The notes under the pieces: generated by a model
Seen by the model: only the letters and a program-made list of their open reading frames with translations
Told to the model about the DNA's origin: nothing
Database searches by the model: none
Shown here: positions 23,805-32,521 of the stretch, in pieces
Layout of the letters: each line of letters opens with the position of its first letter
Position numbering within the stretch: the stretch's first letter is position 1
Translations under genes and position numbers: made by a program
Source: a virus
Direction: 5' to 3' (one strand)
DNA length: 32,775 nucleotides
Virus record (IMG/VR): IMGVR_UViG_3300045988_041693
Span: 1 to 32,775 of that record

Positions 23805-26255
23805 TTAACTTTCGGACTTGGTATCGGCGTCTGCGTTAACAATTCTTTTGAATCCCCTTTGTTGCCCGTATGACTTCACGCGCTGTCTGCTACGCTCCCA
23901 TCCCGGTAACTTGTTCAGTATGTCGTTAATCTCGGAAGCGTCTTTAGCCCTAATTTTCCCTACCTCGAAGCCTAAAGCCTCAACCAGCACGCCCGTAGCG
24001 CTAACGAAGTCCATTTGCACGCAGTCTTCCTTCTTTATCTCGTCTTCATTGTAATTCTCGTAATACATGCGTCGTTCCAGGGGGAACATTCTATCCCAGT
24101 TTGCCGGCACGTACATATCACAATATCTTGCAACGGCTTCGGTACGCGGGTCTGTCTCGAAGTGTTCCTCCCTGCCTTGTTCTGCGATTACCTCCGCTTC
24201 CGCTGACAACAACGTAGACACACCGCGGAAATACATGTTAACGGCTTCCGCCCATAACTGGTCTACGTATGCCGGGAAATCAGCCTCGAAGATAAGATGG
24301 GTGTTTTCGTTGGCACGTACACGCACGGGTAGGAATCTACGCCCCCCGGTTGCGTCCTTCAAAAACTCGTCCTTATTGGTTGTACCAAAGAAAACGCACT
24401 GGCGCGGAAAGTTCTTGGTAACGCGCCCGTACGCCGGTCTAAAACTGTCCTCGGTCTTGGTGATGAAATTCTTAACCATCTCCACTTCTGAACGTCTCAT
24501 TGCTGATAACTCGGCAATTTCCAAGATCCAGCTACCTTGCAATTGCTCAAACGCTGACTTGCCATCCATCGTTGACAAGCTATCCGAGAACCATTGCTTG
24601 CCGAGCATCTTAAGGAATGTACTTTTCCCTGCTCCCTGGTCTGACTGCAAGACCAGCATACTATCGAATTTGCAACCTTTTTGGAAGATACGTTTAACCG
24701 CACCTACCATCATGATACGGAACGCCTCGCGGGTGTATATGTTATCCTCTGCACCGAGTATGTCAATCAACGCTGTATCTACGCGCTGCGTGCCGTCCCA
24801 TTCTAATTTTGTCAGATAGTTCTGCACCGGGTGGAAAGAGTTAATCTCGGCAACCAGTGATATAGCATCATCTACCTTAAACGAGCTACTAATGCCGTAA
24901 ACATCTTCTATATGTTTTCTAACGCCTGCAAAATCTACGTCTTGAAAGTCCGTGCTGCTATCCTTTGGTCTCCATATTGGGGTACGGGTAACAACCCTGC
25001 GTTCTTTAAATAGGTCACGGGCTATCAAGCCTTTTAAATTCGGGTCATACTTAAGTATTAAACCCAGGTTCTTTGCGCTCGGCAAGTAATTGCCTTTTTT
25101 ATCTACTTCGAGTTCCGCCATCACTTTTTCAAATGATACCTCGGGCACGTTATCGTGAACATCTTCGGGATCTATCGTCTCCTCGAAGTCGTTCATAACC
25201 TCGGCAGCCTTTACCAGCAAACGAGACGCGCGCATTTCCGCTACCTTTGCGTCCTTGTTTACAAGTTCGTTCATTGCGTCCGTTGACTTCTTACGGTCTT
25301 GTCCCTTATCCATCTTACCGAACTTGTGCACACGTACAAGGTCGTAGGCGTTAAACACGTGGTTGCCTTGGATGGGGTCGTTGTTGTGGAACGAATAGGC
25401 GAACTTATCATCAAAAGTAAGCATACCGCCCGATGTAGAACCCCCGGTATATGTCCATCTGTCGGGCTGGTCTGTCGGCTCGTAGACGTCCGGCAAATAT
25501 TCCGCGATGACTTCTGAAATGGTGTACGCCCGGCAAAAGTCACCTACCGTGCCTTCCTTTAAAGTGGGGTCTTGCTGCTCCTTAACAAAGGTACGTACTT
25601 CGCCTTTCTCATCCTTGTGGTATGCCCATTCCGTTGTGTCGTGCCAATCTTCGTACATGTTAAGGTATTCGTTGACGTCTAAAGGAAACTCGCACAACTG
25701 TGAATAGTCGGTGTAATCATAGTCTACGTCTCGGGACACGGATGGGAAGAACATACAGCGTTCGGGCTGGAAGGTCGTTCGGTCATACAAATCTATCCCG
25801 GTAATCTCGGCAACCTTCCTGGCAATAGCTTCGTACTGCTCACCGTCCACGGGTTCGGACAACGGAATGATAACACGATAGCGAAACACCCCTGCTTTCG
25901 GATTATGCTTATGTGTCCCGTGTATGATGCAGGCACAATTTATTGCCGCGAAAAAACGCTCCGGGAAGTCAGTCTCCCCGAAGTCGATGTCAAGCGTCAA
26001 TAGTGAGCGTTCGCCTACGTTGTTTTTGTTACGTCTGCTACCGAATAACTCGCCACCCATGAATGCGCCTACGTCTTTAATTGCACCTTGTTCAGCTTTG
26101 CTCGCTGCCGTGAACTCACGGTATGTTTCTTCCGTTACTTTCGCACTGGTGAACCTCTTTACAAGATCTTCCCATGTGTAGGTACGGTTTTTCCAACTTA
26201 CCGACTTCGCATTAGTAGCGGTCGCAACCTTAAAAGTCATTTTCTTTAAATCCAT
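23805..26255 (-). CDS. Bifunctional primase-polymerase (AEP-like N-terminus) fused to a VirE/D5-type P-loop NTPase
   Basis: The N-terminus has LLTLDIDFG (DxD), HGTHKH and RYRVIIPL, all AEP-like blocks. The central region has Walker A SDQGAGKST and a downstream VirE-like region. Confidence 0.85.
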   Translation of the reverse strand: MDLKKMTFKVATATNAKSVSWKNRTYTWEDLVKRFTSAKVTEETYREFTAASKAEQGAIKDVGAFMGGELFGSRRNKNNVGERSLLTLDIDFGETDFPERFFAAINCACIIHGTHKHNPKAGVFRYRVIIPLSEPVDGEQYEAIARKVAEITGIDLYDRTTFQPERCMFFPSVSRDVDYDYTDYSQLCEFPLDVNEYLNMYEDWHDTTEWAYHKDEKGEVRTFVKEQQDPTLKEGTVGDFCRAYTISEVIAEYLPDVYEPTDQPDRWTYTGGSTSGGMLTFDDKFAYSFHNNDPIQGNHVFNAYDLVRVHKFGKMDKGQDRKKSTDAMNELVNKDAKVAEMRASRLLVKAAEVMNDFEETIDPEDVHDNVPEVSFEKVMAELEVDKKGNYLPSAKNLGLILKYDPNLKGLIARDLFKERRVVTRTPIWRPKDSSTDFQDVDFAGVRKHIEDVYGISSSFKVDDAISLVAEINSFHPVQNYLTKLEWDGTQRVDTALIDILGAEDNIYTREAFRIMMVGAVKRIFQKGCKFDSMLVLQSDQGAGKSTFLKMLGKQWFSDSLSTMDGKSAFEQLQGSWILEIAELSAMRRSEVEMVKNFITKTEDSFRPAYGRVTKNFPRQCVFFGTTNKDEFLKDATGGRRFLPVRVRANENTHLIFEADFPAYVDQLWAEAVNMYFRGVSTLLSAEAEVIAEQGREEHFETDPRTEAVARYCDMYVPANWDRMFPLERRMYYENYNEDEIKKEDCVQMDFVSATGVLVEALGFEVGKIRAKDASEINDILNKLPGWERSRQRVKSYGQQRGFKRIVNADADTKSES

Positions 26256-26258
26256 TCC

Positions 26259-28277
26259 CTAATCTTTTTTATAATAGTCTGTTATGTAACCAGCTGCTCG
26301 CAACGGGATGTTAGCCGCCCACCCTGGGGCGCTGCACATCGCGTCTATCATCGCGTTAAGCGTTAATTCTTCGTTCCCGTCTTTAGGTATTTCCGCGGCT
26401 ATTTCGTCGTGCACATGCAGCACGATGTTATAACCCATATCGAATACCTTGAAAATCGCATTAGCCAATAAATCGCGGCTTATCGCCTGCACAATGTTCT
26501 CCGTTAGCTTGCCTCCGTAAGTGTGTAACTTCGCCCATTTGCCCGTGGTTTGCTCTTGCCCCATGTAGGATATATCCTGCACGTCGAACTCACCGTTCGT
26601 TCCCGATATTGTTCTACTGCTTAAACGCGCGGAGGGGTAAAAAAGTTTTCGCCCAGACGGTAATTCTATAGTCATCGCACCGCCCTCGTATCTGAACGTT
26701 ATCGTAGAAAGATCATCAATAACGAACGTTTGTGGTCTACGTGTTCCTATACACGCTTTTGCAGCATTTTCTAAAGACTTCCATAAAGATACTACTTTTT
26801 TGTTAGCTTCTCTCCATTTTGACAATATTTGAGGTTTTTCTTCTTCTGTTAACGCTTTCTTGGTATCCATCGTAGTAAGGGCGTTAACCCCGCCCCCATA
26901 ACCTAATGCAAGCTCGGCAACCTTTCCGCGCTGTCTTAACTCATCGCCTTTATGGACGGGAACACCGAACATCTTGGAGGCAGAAGCGCAATATATATCA
27001 GCCTTTGGGTCTTTGAACAAATCAAGCCTCCATTTTTCGTTAGCCACCCAGGCAATCACACGTGCCTCAATTGCCGAGAAGTCAGCCACTGAAAAGGTGT
27101 ACCCTTCCGGGGCGATAAACACGGTACGGATAAGCTGCGATAGTATATGAGTAGGCTTGTCATATATAACTTCCATCATATCAAGGTCGTGCATCTTTGC
27201 AAGGTCTCGTGCCCCGTCAAGGTCTTCGATGTGGTTCTGTGGTAAGTTCTGTAATTGAACAAGGCGCCCAGCCCATCGCCCGGTACGGCTCGCGCCATAG
27301 TAACGAAATAGTCCTCTAATACGGTCTCCGCGTCCTGCACTTGCAAGGATGGCGGTATATTTAGCGTTCGACGTTTTACCTATCTCCCTACGTAGGTCGA
27401 TAACGTCTAATACTGCTTGCTTATCCACGTCGGTAACGTTTTTAAGGCTCGCTACGGTCTTTATAACATCTTCGATACTATTCTTATTGAGGGAATCAAT
27501 AACCACGCCCGTACGCTCTTTAATGAAGCCTTTTAACTGTGGCATGGACTTCAGAGAACTTAATCCAAAATCCTTTTCGGCTTTTTCGGTTAGACGCGCT
27601 TTATATTCTTCGTCCATATCCTGTGCGGCGCGTGCCAGCTCGAGGTCTGCCCGTATACCGTAATCGTTTATACGCTGGTCTGCCGCATATATCTTTTGCT
27701 CTATCTCGGGAAATTCAAACCGTGATAACTTGCCGAATATTTCCTTTTCAGAAAGCACGTCATAGCGGAGGTATTCTTTGAAATCTTCCCAGGCTTCCGG
27801 GTCATGCTCGGGAAGGTTACGGGTACGCCCACCGTTCGTTTTGGTAGGTTTGCACGGTACGGAGAAATAACGGATAAGGTTTTTTCCCGTGCCTAATTTC
27901 TTATCCTGCAAATCGAGAATCCGCGAAACCGCGTCAAGCGATGGCGGCATACCGCAATAGAGCGCCATATTAGCCGTACAGAAAAATCGCATAGGGCTTA
28001 TATCAAAACCGTATTCCTTCAAACAGACGCGCTCAAACGTAGCGTTGTGGGCTACTATAACTACTTCCGGGTCATTAGCTACAGAGGTGAACAACTCGTT
28101 AAACTCTGTACACCCGTTGGGGGTTGTAAGGTCTATTATTGATACCTCCGTGTCGGTGTCCCACATGTAACCGCACAACAGTATTTCAAATGCAGGGTCT
28201 TCACAATACTTGTAGTTGCCAGCGCTTTTAATATCTGTTTCGGAATAGGTTTCAAAATCAATGAATAAATGTTTCAT
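26259..28277 (-). CDS. Family A DNA polymerase with an N-terminal 3'-5' exonuclease domain
   Basis: Exo I FIDFETYS. Pol motif A DFSAIEARV. Motif B RQRGKVAELALGYGGG. Motif C LHVHDEI. Confidence 0.92.
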   Translation of the reverse strand: MKHLFIDFETYSETDIKSAGNYKYCEDPAFEILLCGYMWDTDTEVSIIDLTTPNGCTEFNELFTSVANDPEVVIVAHNATFERVCLKEYGFDISPMRFFCTANMALYCGMPPSLDAVSRILDLQDKKLGTGKNLIRYFSVPCKPTKTNGGRTRNLPEHDPEAWEDFKEYLRYDVLSEKEIFGKLSRFEFPEIEQKIYAADQRINDYGIRADLELARAAQDMDEEYKARLTEKAEKDFGLSSLKSMPQLKGFIKERTGVVIDSLNKNSIEDVIKTVASLKNVTDVDKQAVLDVIDLRREIGKTSNAKYTAILASAGRGDRIRGLFRYYGASRTGRWAGRLVQLQNLPQNHIEDLDGARDLAKMHDLDMMEVIYDKPTHILSQLIRTVFIAPEGYTFSVADFSAIEARVIAWVANEKWRLDLFKDPKADIYCASASKMFGVPVHKGDELRQRGKVAELALGYGGGVNALTTMDTKKALTEEEKPQILSKWREANKKVVSLWKSLENAAKACIGTRRPQTFVIDDLSTITFRYEGGAMTIELPSGRKLFYPSARLSSRTISGTNGEFDVQDISYMGQEQTTGKWAKLHTYGGKLTENIVQAISRDLLANAIFKVFDMGYNIVLHVHDEIAAEIPKDGNEELTLNAMIDAMCSAPGWAANIPLRAAGYITDYYKKD

Positions 28278-28282
28278 ATTTG

Positions 28283-28996
28283 TTAATTAATTAATGATAT
28301 GTATAGTTTTTCTGTTGCCCGTTTACTTGTCCTCCCGAGAGAGGAATTTATATCGAGGCTCCACGTTGGTATGAATAGGTCAGATCTTGTGGAATATTCG
28401 CTTACAAAAACCGTGTTACTTTCGGACATCATATCAGCCCAATGCCAAAATCTATCATGGTCAAACCCTCCGTTTTTGTATAGCTTTGTGCCGTCATACG
28501 GGGGGTCGCAATATATAACACTGTTTTCGGGTATTTCCATTTCATTGTATGGCAGTGAAGATAGAGTTAATGAGGGCATGTCTCGCAGGGACTTCACAGT
28601 TTTATTGAAATTTCTTATAGCCTCTTTTTGGTAATCCCTTTTTCCCTTCGCAGTAGGACATCCATTTCCCACGAACCCTTCGAAATATCGACCATTATAC
28701 GATGCACAAAAACCGATATACGCAGTTAATGCTTTGTCGTATTCTCCGTTTTTCGCTGCCCTATACATTTCAATATCTACGTACTCGGGGAATGTACGCC
28801 CCGAAATATCTTCTTTAAATAAACATATTAGGTCTTCGTTTAGATCGTTCGCAAAAACTCTCCCAGCAAAATGGGGGGTTATGTTACACCCTCCGCAGAA
28901 CGGCTCAAACAACATTCCGTTTGATTTCTTTACAGCATCGTTTATTATTGGGGCCGTGTGTTTGGCAAACATTGCCTTACTTCCCATGTAATTCAT
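28283..28996 (-). CDS. Dam-like (D12 class) N6-adenine DNA methyltransferase, intact
   Basis: YMGSK, EPFCGGCNI (FxGxG AdoMet motif) and IYCDPPY (motif IV). Confidence 0.88.
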   Translation of the reverse strand: MNYMGSKAMFAKHTAPIINDAVKKSNGMLFEPFCGGCNITPHFAGRVFANDLNEDLICLFKEDISGRTFPEYVDIEMYRAAKNGEYDKALTAYIGFCASYNGRYFEGFVGNGCPTAKGKRDYQKEAIRNFNKTVKSLRDMPSLTLSSLPYNEMEIPENSVIYCDPPYDGTKLYKNGGFDHDRFWHWADMMSESNTVFVSEYSTRSDLFIPTWSLDINSSLGRTSKRATEKLYISLIN

Positions 28997-29069
28997 AATT
29001 TCTTTGGTTTTAATTGTTTATAATAATACAGCGGCAAAGGTAGGTAAATGTTTTGGATAAACAAGAAAA

Positions 29070-29108
29070 AGGGCTATCAATTGCAATTATTTAACAATTG
29101 ATAGCCCT
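29070..29108 (-). terminator. Strong rho-independent terminator after the metallophosphoesterase gene
   Basis: Perfect 14-bp stem AGGGCTATCAATTG / CAATTGATAGCCCT with an 11-nt loop. On the minus strand it is followed by TTTTTCTTGTTT. Confidence 0.85.
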
Positions 29109-29113
29109 ATTAT

Positions 29114-30217
29114 TTAATCGGCAAAGATGGGTGAGTAGAAAATAAAACCTCGCTTTTCGTTCAGAATAACGTATGTTTGCTGCGGATCTTCGTATGCCAG
29201 CCCGTGCCCCATTGCGAAAGCGTCGAAGCCTTTCAGAGAACCGTTCACGCAAACCTCTTTAGTGTATATCATTTGGTGGTAATGTCCTATGAACGCCTTA
29301 TCTATCTTGATTGTTTGGTTTAGCTTGGCGTACCATTTAAACATACTCGGGTATATGCCGCCTATGCCGCCCGCGCTTCTAAATTGATGCCCGTGGCAGA
29401 ACAGAATCTTTTTCCCGTATATATCCAGGTAGGCGAATTCACTTTCGGGGATAATGAACTCGAATTTTGTCAAGCCCATAAGTGTTAACGTCTGCTCAAT
29501 GTCCTTGTACATAAAGTATTCGTGGTTCATTGCGAAGCCGTTCGAAAATTGCATTTTCTTCGTTGTTCTCGTATGGTTTCCGCATATGCCTACAACTACT
29601 ATTTTTTGAAGGTCCGGCAGTTCGTCGTGGATAGCCTTAAGCCCCGATATTACCAGCGTCTTTACGAAATGTATCCCCTGCATGGGGGACATGCTGTTTG
29701 TTTGCGCCAGTTCGTCGTGAATGTAGCCGCCTATCATATCACCAATAAGACCTACTACCAGGTTATCTACTGGCTTTTTCTTAACCATATAGATAGCGTT
29801 TGAGAAGAAATTTTTTATTCGCTTCTCGGCTATTTCCCGGTTATATTCGTTCTTTCCTAAAACGGTGGAGGGCTTAACCACTTCGTCCGCGTGCCAGTCA
29901 CTGGCTATCAAAAAGCCCGTGTTACTTTCGTCAAGCGTTGATTTCGCTTTTGCGTGGATTTCTATCAGTTCGATAGGCGCGATATCCTTTTTTAGGTCTA
30001 TGATGCCTTTTAGTTCTTCTTCGGTATACAGCGTTTGAAGCTCTGCTATTACCGGGTCTACCACTACTTCGATAGGTTCGCTACCCGATACGGTATAGCC
30101 GTTCATGCGTGCGTTCCAATACGCTGTATCCCGCTTTGTATATTTCTTCACGGGTTTGCCCGTTGCCTTTGAAATTCTAACCCCTTGTGCGTTTATGTAT
30201 GAATCACTTTTTCCCAT
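29114..30217 (-). CDS. Calcineurin-like metallophosphoesterase (Mre11/SbcD-like nuclease or phosphatase)
   Basis: Ordered motifs DWH (ASDWHAD), GDMIGG, GNH (CGNHTR), HGH (FCHGHQF) and GHYH. Confidence 0.85.
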   Translation of the reverse strand: MGKSDSYINAQGVRISKATGKPVKKYTKRDTAYWNARMNGYTVSGSEPIEVVVDPVIAELQTLYTEEELKGIIDLKKDIAPIELIEIHAKAKSTLDESNTGFLIASDWHADEVVKPSTVLGKNEYNREIAEKRIKNFFSNAIYMVKKKPVDNLVVGLIGDMIGGYIHDELAQTNSMSPMQGIHFVKTLVISGLKAIHDELPDLQKIVVVGICGNHTRTTKKMQFSNGFAMNHEYFMYKDIEQTLTLMGLTKFEFIIPESEFAYLDIYGKKILFCHGHQFRSAGGIGGIYPSMFKWYAKLNQTIKIDKAFIGHYHQMIYTKEVCVNGSLKGFDAFAMGHGLAYEDPQQTYVILNEKRGFIFYSPIFAD

Positions 30218-30234
30218 TTTTTGCTTTTTAAATT

Positions 30235-30256
30235 GTGTGGGCTTTTACGCCCACAC
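30235..30256. other. Intergenic hairpin between the SSB and metallophosphoesterase genes
   Basis: GTGTGGGC-TTTTAC-GCCCACAC forms an 8-bp perfect stem. No U-tract follows on the minus strand, so it is not a classical terminator. Confidence 0.6.
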
Positions 30257-30287
30257 GTTCTTACTAATGCTTTTTACTCCGAAAGGG

Positions 30288-30833
30288 TTACTTAAACAAA
30301 TCGTCGTTCTCGTCAATATCCACCGTATCAAAATCGTCAAGGCTTGTACCACCGTCCAAACGTTCACCTTCCGCTGTCTTTTGTATTCCGTTCAGTCCTA
30401 CACCTACACCGTACTTACCGGTAAACTCATAAGGGTAGAAGGAAACAGCTACATTACCGTAACAACCGCTATACACCTCGTTTTTGTCCGTGATGTACTG
30501 TTTTCTACCGTCGATTACGATAGGCGCGCCTTGTGCCTCTTTACGCTTTGCGTTGATGAAGTAGCACCCCTTGTATTCGGCACCGTCTTTTTCCTCGTCC
30601 CCGTCTCTTAATGGGTTATTCCATGTCTTGGGGTCTTTTCCTGCGAGTTTAGGATATTTAGTCTTAAACGTTGCGCGCTCGGCTTCGATTGCCGCCTTAA
30701 TCTTTGGAACTTCCGGGCTGTCTTTCGGGATAAGTAGACAAACGCTATACGTTGCGTCACCCTGGCCGTTAATTTGTGATGCTTCAAACACACGTACATA
30801 ACTCAATCTCGCATTTTTAATCATTGCTTTCAT
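30288..30833 (-). CDS. Single-stranded DNA-binding protein, T7 gp2.5-like (DUF2815)
   Basis: Starts MKAMIKNARLSYVRVFE, is beta-rich, and has an acidic C-terminal tail DDFDTVDIDENDDLFK with a penultimate aromatic residue. Adjacent to the DUF2800 nuclease, as in the known module. I prefer the ATG at 30833 over the track start at 30911. Confidence 0.78.
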   Translation of the reverse strand: MKAMIKNARLSYVRVFEASQINGQGDATYSVCLLIPKDSPEVPKIKAAIEAERATFKTKYPKLAGKDPKTWNNPLRDGDEEKDGAEYKGCYFINAKRKEAQGAPIVIDGRKQYITDKNEVYSGCYGNVAVSFYPYEFTGKYGVGVGLNGIQKTAEGERLDGGTSLDDFDTVDIDENDDLFK

Positions 30834-30932
30834 ATTACACTTTTTTTCTTTTTGTCCTCTAGGCGGTTCGGACGTTCCGTATTTTAAATCGTATGCAAAT
30901 ATAACAAACAAACCTGTAATTTGTTCAATCTG

Positions 30933-31250
30933 TTAACCTTGTTTAACTTTAAAAGTCTTTGGGGCTATTGAAAGAGCGTATACTAGGTCCTTTTCGCCAG
31001 CCATCCATATCATATACTCTTTCGACTTGACGGAATAATCCATAATCTCGTCACTATTCATTTTTAAAATGGCTACCAGCTCTGCTACGGTTGTTTCCTT
31101 AAGGATTGCCAAAAGGGCTTGCGTGTTCTTTGAGCTTCTTTCGAGTTCCTTTTTACTCCATGTTCGGAATCGCTTCTTATTACAAAACCTTGTTCGCTTG
31201 TCAAGATCTTCGTTACTCATTGTTCCCTGGTTGAATTTAAATGTACTCAT
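30933..31250 (-). CDS. Hypothetical protein (105 aa)
   Basis: The ATG follows the consensus leader AATTTAAAAACGAAAAGATT. No motif recognised. Confidence 0.55.
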   Translation of the reverse strand: MSTFKFNQGTMSNEDLDKRTRFCNKKRFRTWSKKELERSSKNTQALLAILKETTVAELVAILKMNSDEIMDYSVKSKEYMIWMAGEKDLVYALSIAPKTFKVKQG

Positions 31251-31266
31251 AATCTTTTCGTTTTTA

Positions 31267-31313
31267 AATTAGTTGTTATCTCTCTTTCGATGATGCAAAG
31301 GTAACAACTAATT
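31267..31313. other. Intergenic hairpin abutting the leader of the 105-aa gene
   Basis: Perfect 12-bp stem AATTAGTTGTTA / TAACAACTAATT with a 23-nt loop. No U-tract follows on the minus strand. Confidence 0.6.
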
Positions 31314-31342
31314 CGTTACGTTGGTTCTTTCGTTAACTTCTT

Positions 31343-32521
31343 TTATGAATTTAATTCCTCAAACATATCCAAAGTAGGTTGTATTGGTTCTCTTTTATCG
31401 CTTTCCGGTGCGAGCGTTGGCGCGCCCTGGGGCTTAATTATTACACCGTCCAGCAGAACCGTTAACGGCTTCTTTCCTACGGTCCGTTCCAGGTCTCCGA
31501 TACCTTTTATCTTCGTATTGATAAGGGATTCCCGGTCAAAACCTGCCTCCGTTAGCCGTTTTAAGGCTTCTGCTTCGTCTTTAATGACCCGTGCCGACCT
31601 GCCTTCCACCAGCTTCCATCCGTTAATGTGCTTACCGCTTAAGGCTTCGTACATCGCAAACTGTTTAACTGATGCCAACCAATCGGTAAACATGTCTGCC
31701 TTACTCAGTATACCCCCTATTTCTTCCAAAGATAGGGCTTTGGTTTCTCCGTGGGTCTCGAACTCATTAACAAGTGCATCACGTTGCGCCCGGCATTGGG
31801 CTTTGAACTTGCAGAATCTGCAGTGTGTCCCCACTTTCGCTTCTCCCTGCCCGGCAAATGCTTTCTCAGCCGTGGGTCTTAGTACGTGTATCGCCCAGTG
31901 GGTTAAATCTCGTGACGTCATCTCGAATACCGGGAAATGCCCCAGACGTACTTGTGCAATGTGCATACGTACCATTTCGATTTTGGACTGCTTTTCTGGG
32001 GGCAAAGAGCGAAGGACACCGAGCGCATATAGCATTAGCTGCGTGTTGTTCTCGGCTTCCACCCTCACGCCCTTTCCATACTTAAGGTCTATGATGTTTA
32101 GAACCTTTTCGCCTACTATGTCGCAGTCGCAGCTACCGAAACAATCGGGTACGTACATTGTTAGGTCAAACTTTCGTTCTATACTCATTTCCGCGCCCTC
32201 TACGACCTCGTAAACGTCGCACACGTAACATACGTAGTCGGTTACGTACTTATCCATCTCGGGGCTGTAATACTTGTTTTCCGCAATCTCTTTTGGTACG
32301 GGCAATTCATCAAGTAATGGGGTGTATTCCCCAGCCAAATACTTTCTTATTGCGTGCTCGGCTAACTCGTGAGCTACTGTTCCTTCTTCCGATGCCGCGC
32401 TTCCCGTGCCCGGTATGTTTTCTTCCAACCGTGCGGACGGTGTACACTGCATCCAGCGGTGTGAGCTACTGGGAGATAGGAGCGCATGCGCGCGCTCGCT
32501 ATGGTTTATCTGTTCTTTCAT
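31343..32521 (-). CDS. PD-(D/E)XK / Cas4-like exonuclease (DUF2800 family)
   Basis: N-terminal HALLSPSSSHRWMQCTPSARLEE is the DUF2800 signature. There is an internal D...DLKYGKG nuclease core and a C-terminal Cys cluster, CRFCKFKAQC. Confidence 0.8.
   Translation of the reverse strand: MKEQINHSERAHALLSPSSSHRWMQCTPSARLEENIPGTGSAASEEGTVAHELAEHAIRKYLAGEYTPLLDELPVPKEIAENKYYSPEMDKYVTDYVCYVCDVYEVVEGAEMSIERKFDLTMYVPDCFGSCDCDIVGEKVLNIIDLKYGKGVRVEAENNTQLMLYALGVLRSLPPEKQSKIEMVRMHIAQVRLGHFPVFEMTSRDLTHWAIHVLRPTAEKAFAGQGEAKVGTHCRFCKFKAQCRAQRDALVNEFETHGETKALSLEEIGGILSKADMFTDWLASVKQFAMYEALSGKHINGWKLVEGRSARVIKDEAEALKRLTEAGFDRESLINTKIKGIGDLERTVGKKPLTVLLDGVIIKPQGAPTLAPESDKREPIQPTLDMFEELNS

Noticed and set aside
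30235-30256. Calling the hairpins at 30235-30256 and 31267-31313 rho-independent terminators.
   Set aside because: On the transcribed (minus) strand, both stems are followed by the A-rich translation leader rather than a U-tract. I list them only as hairpins of unknown role.
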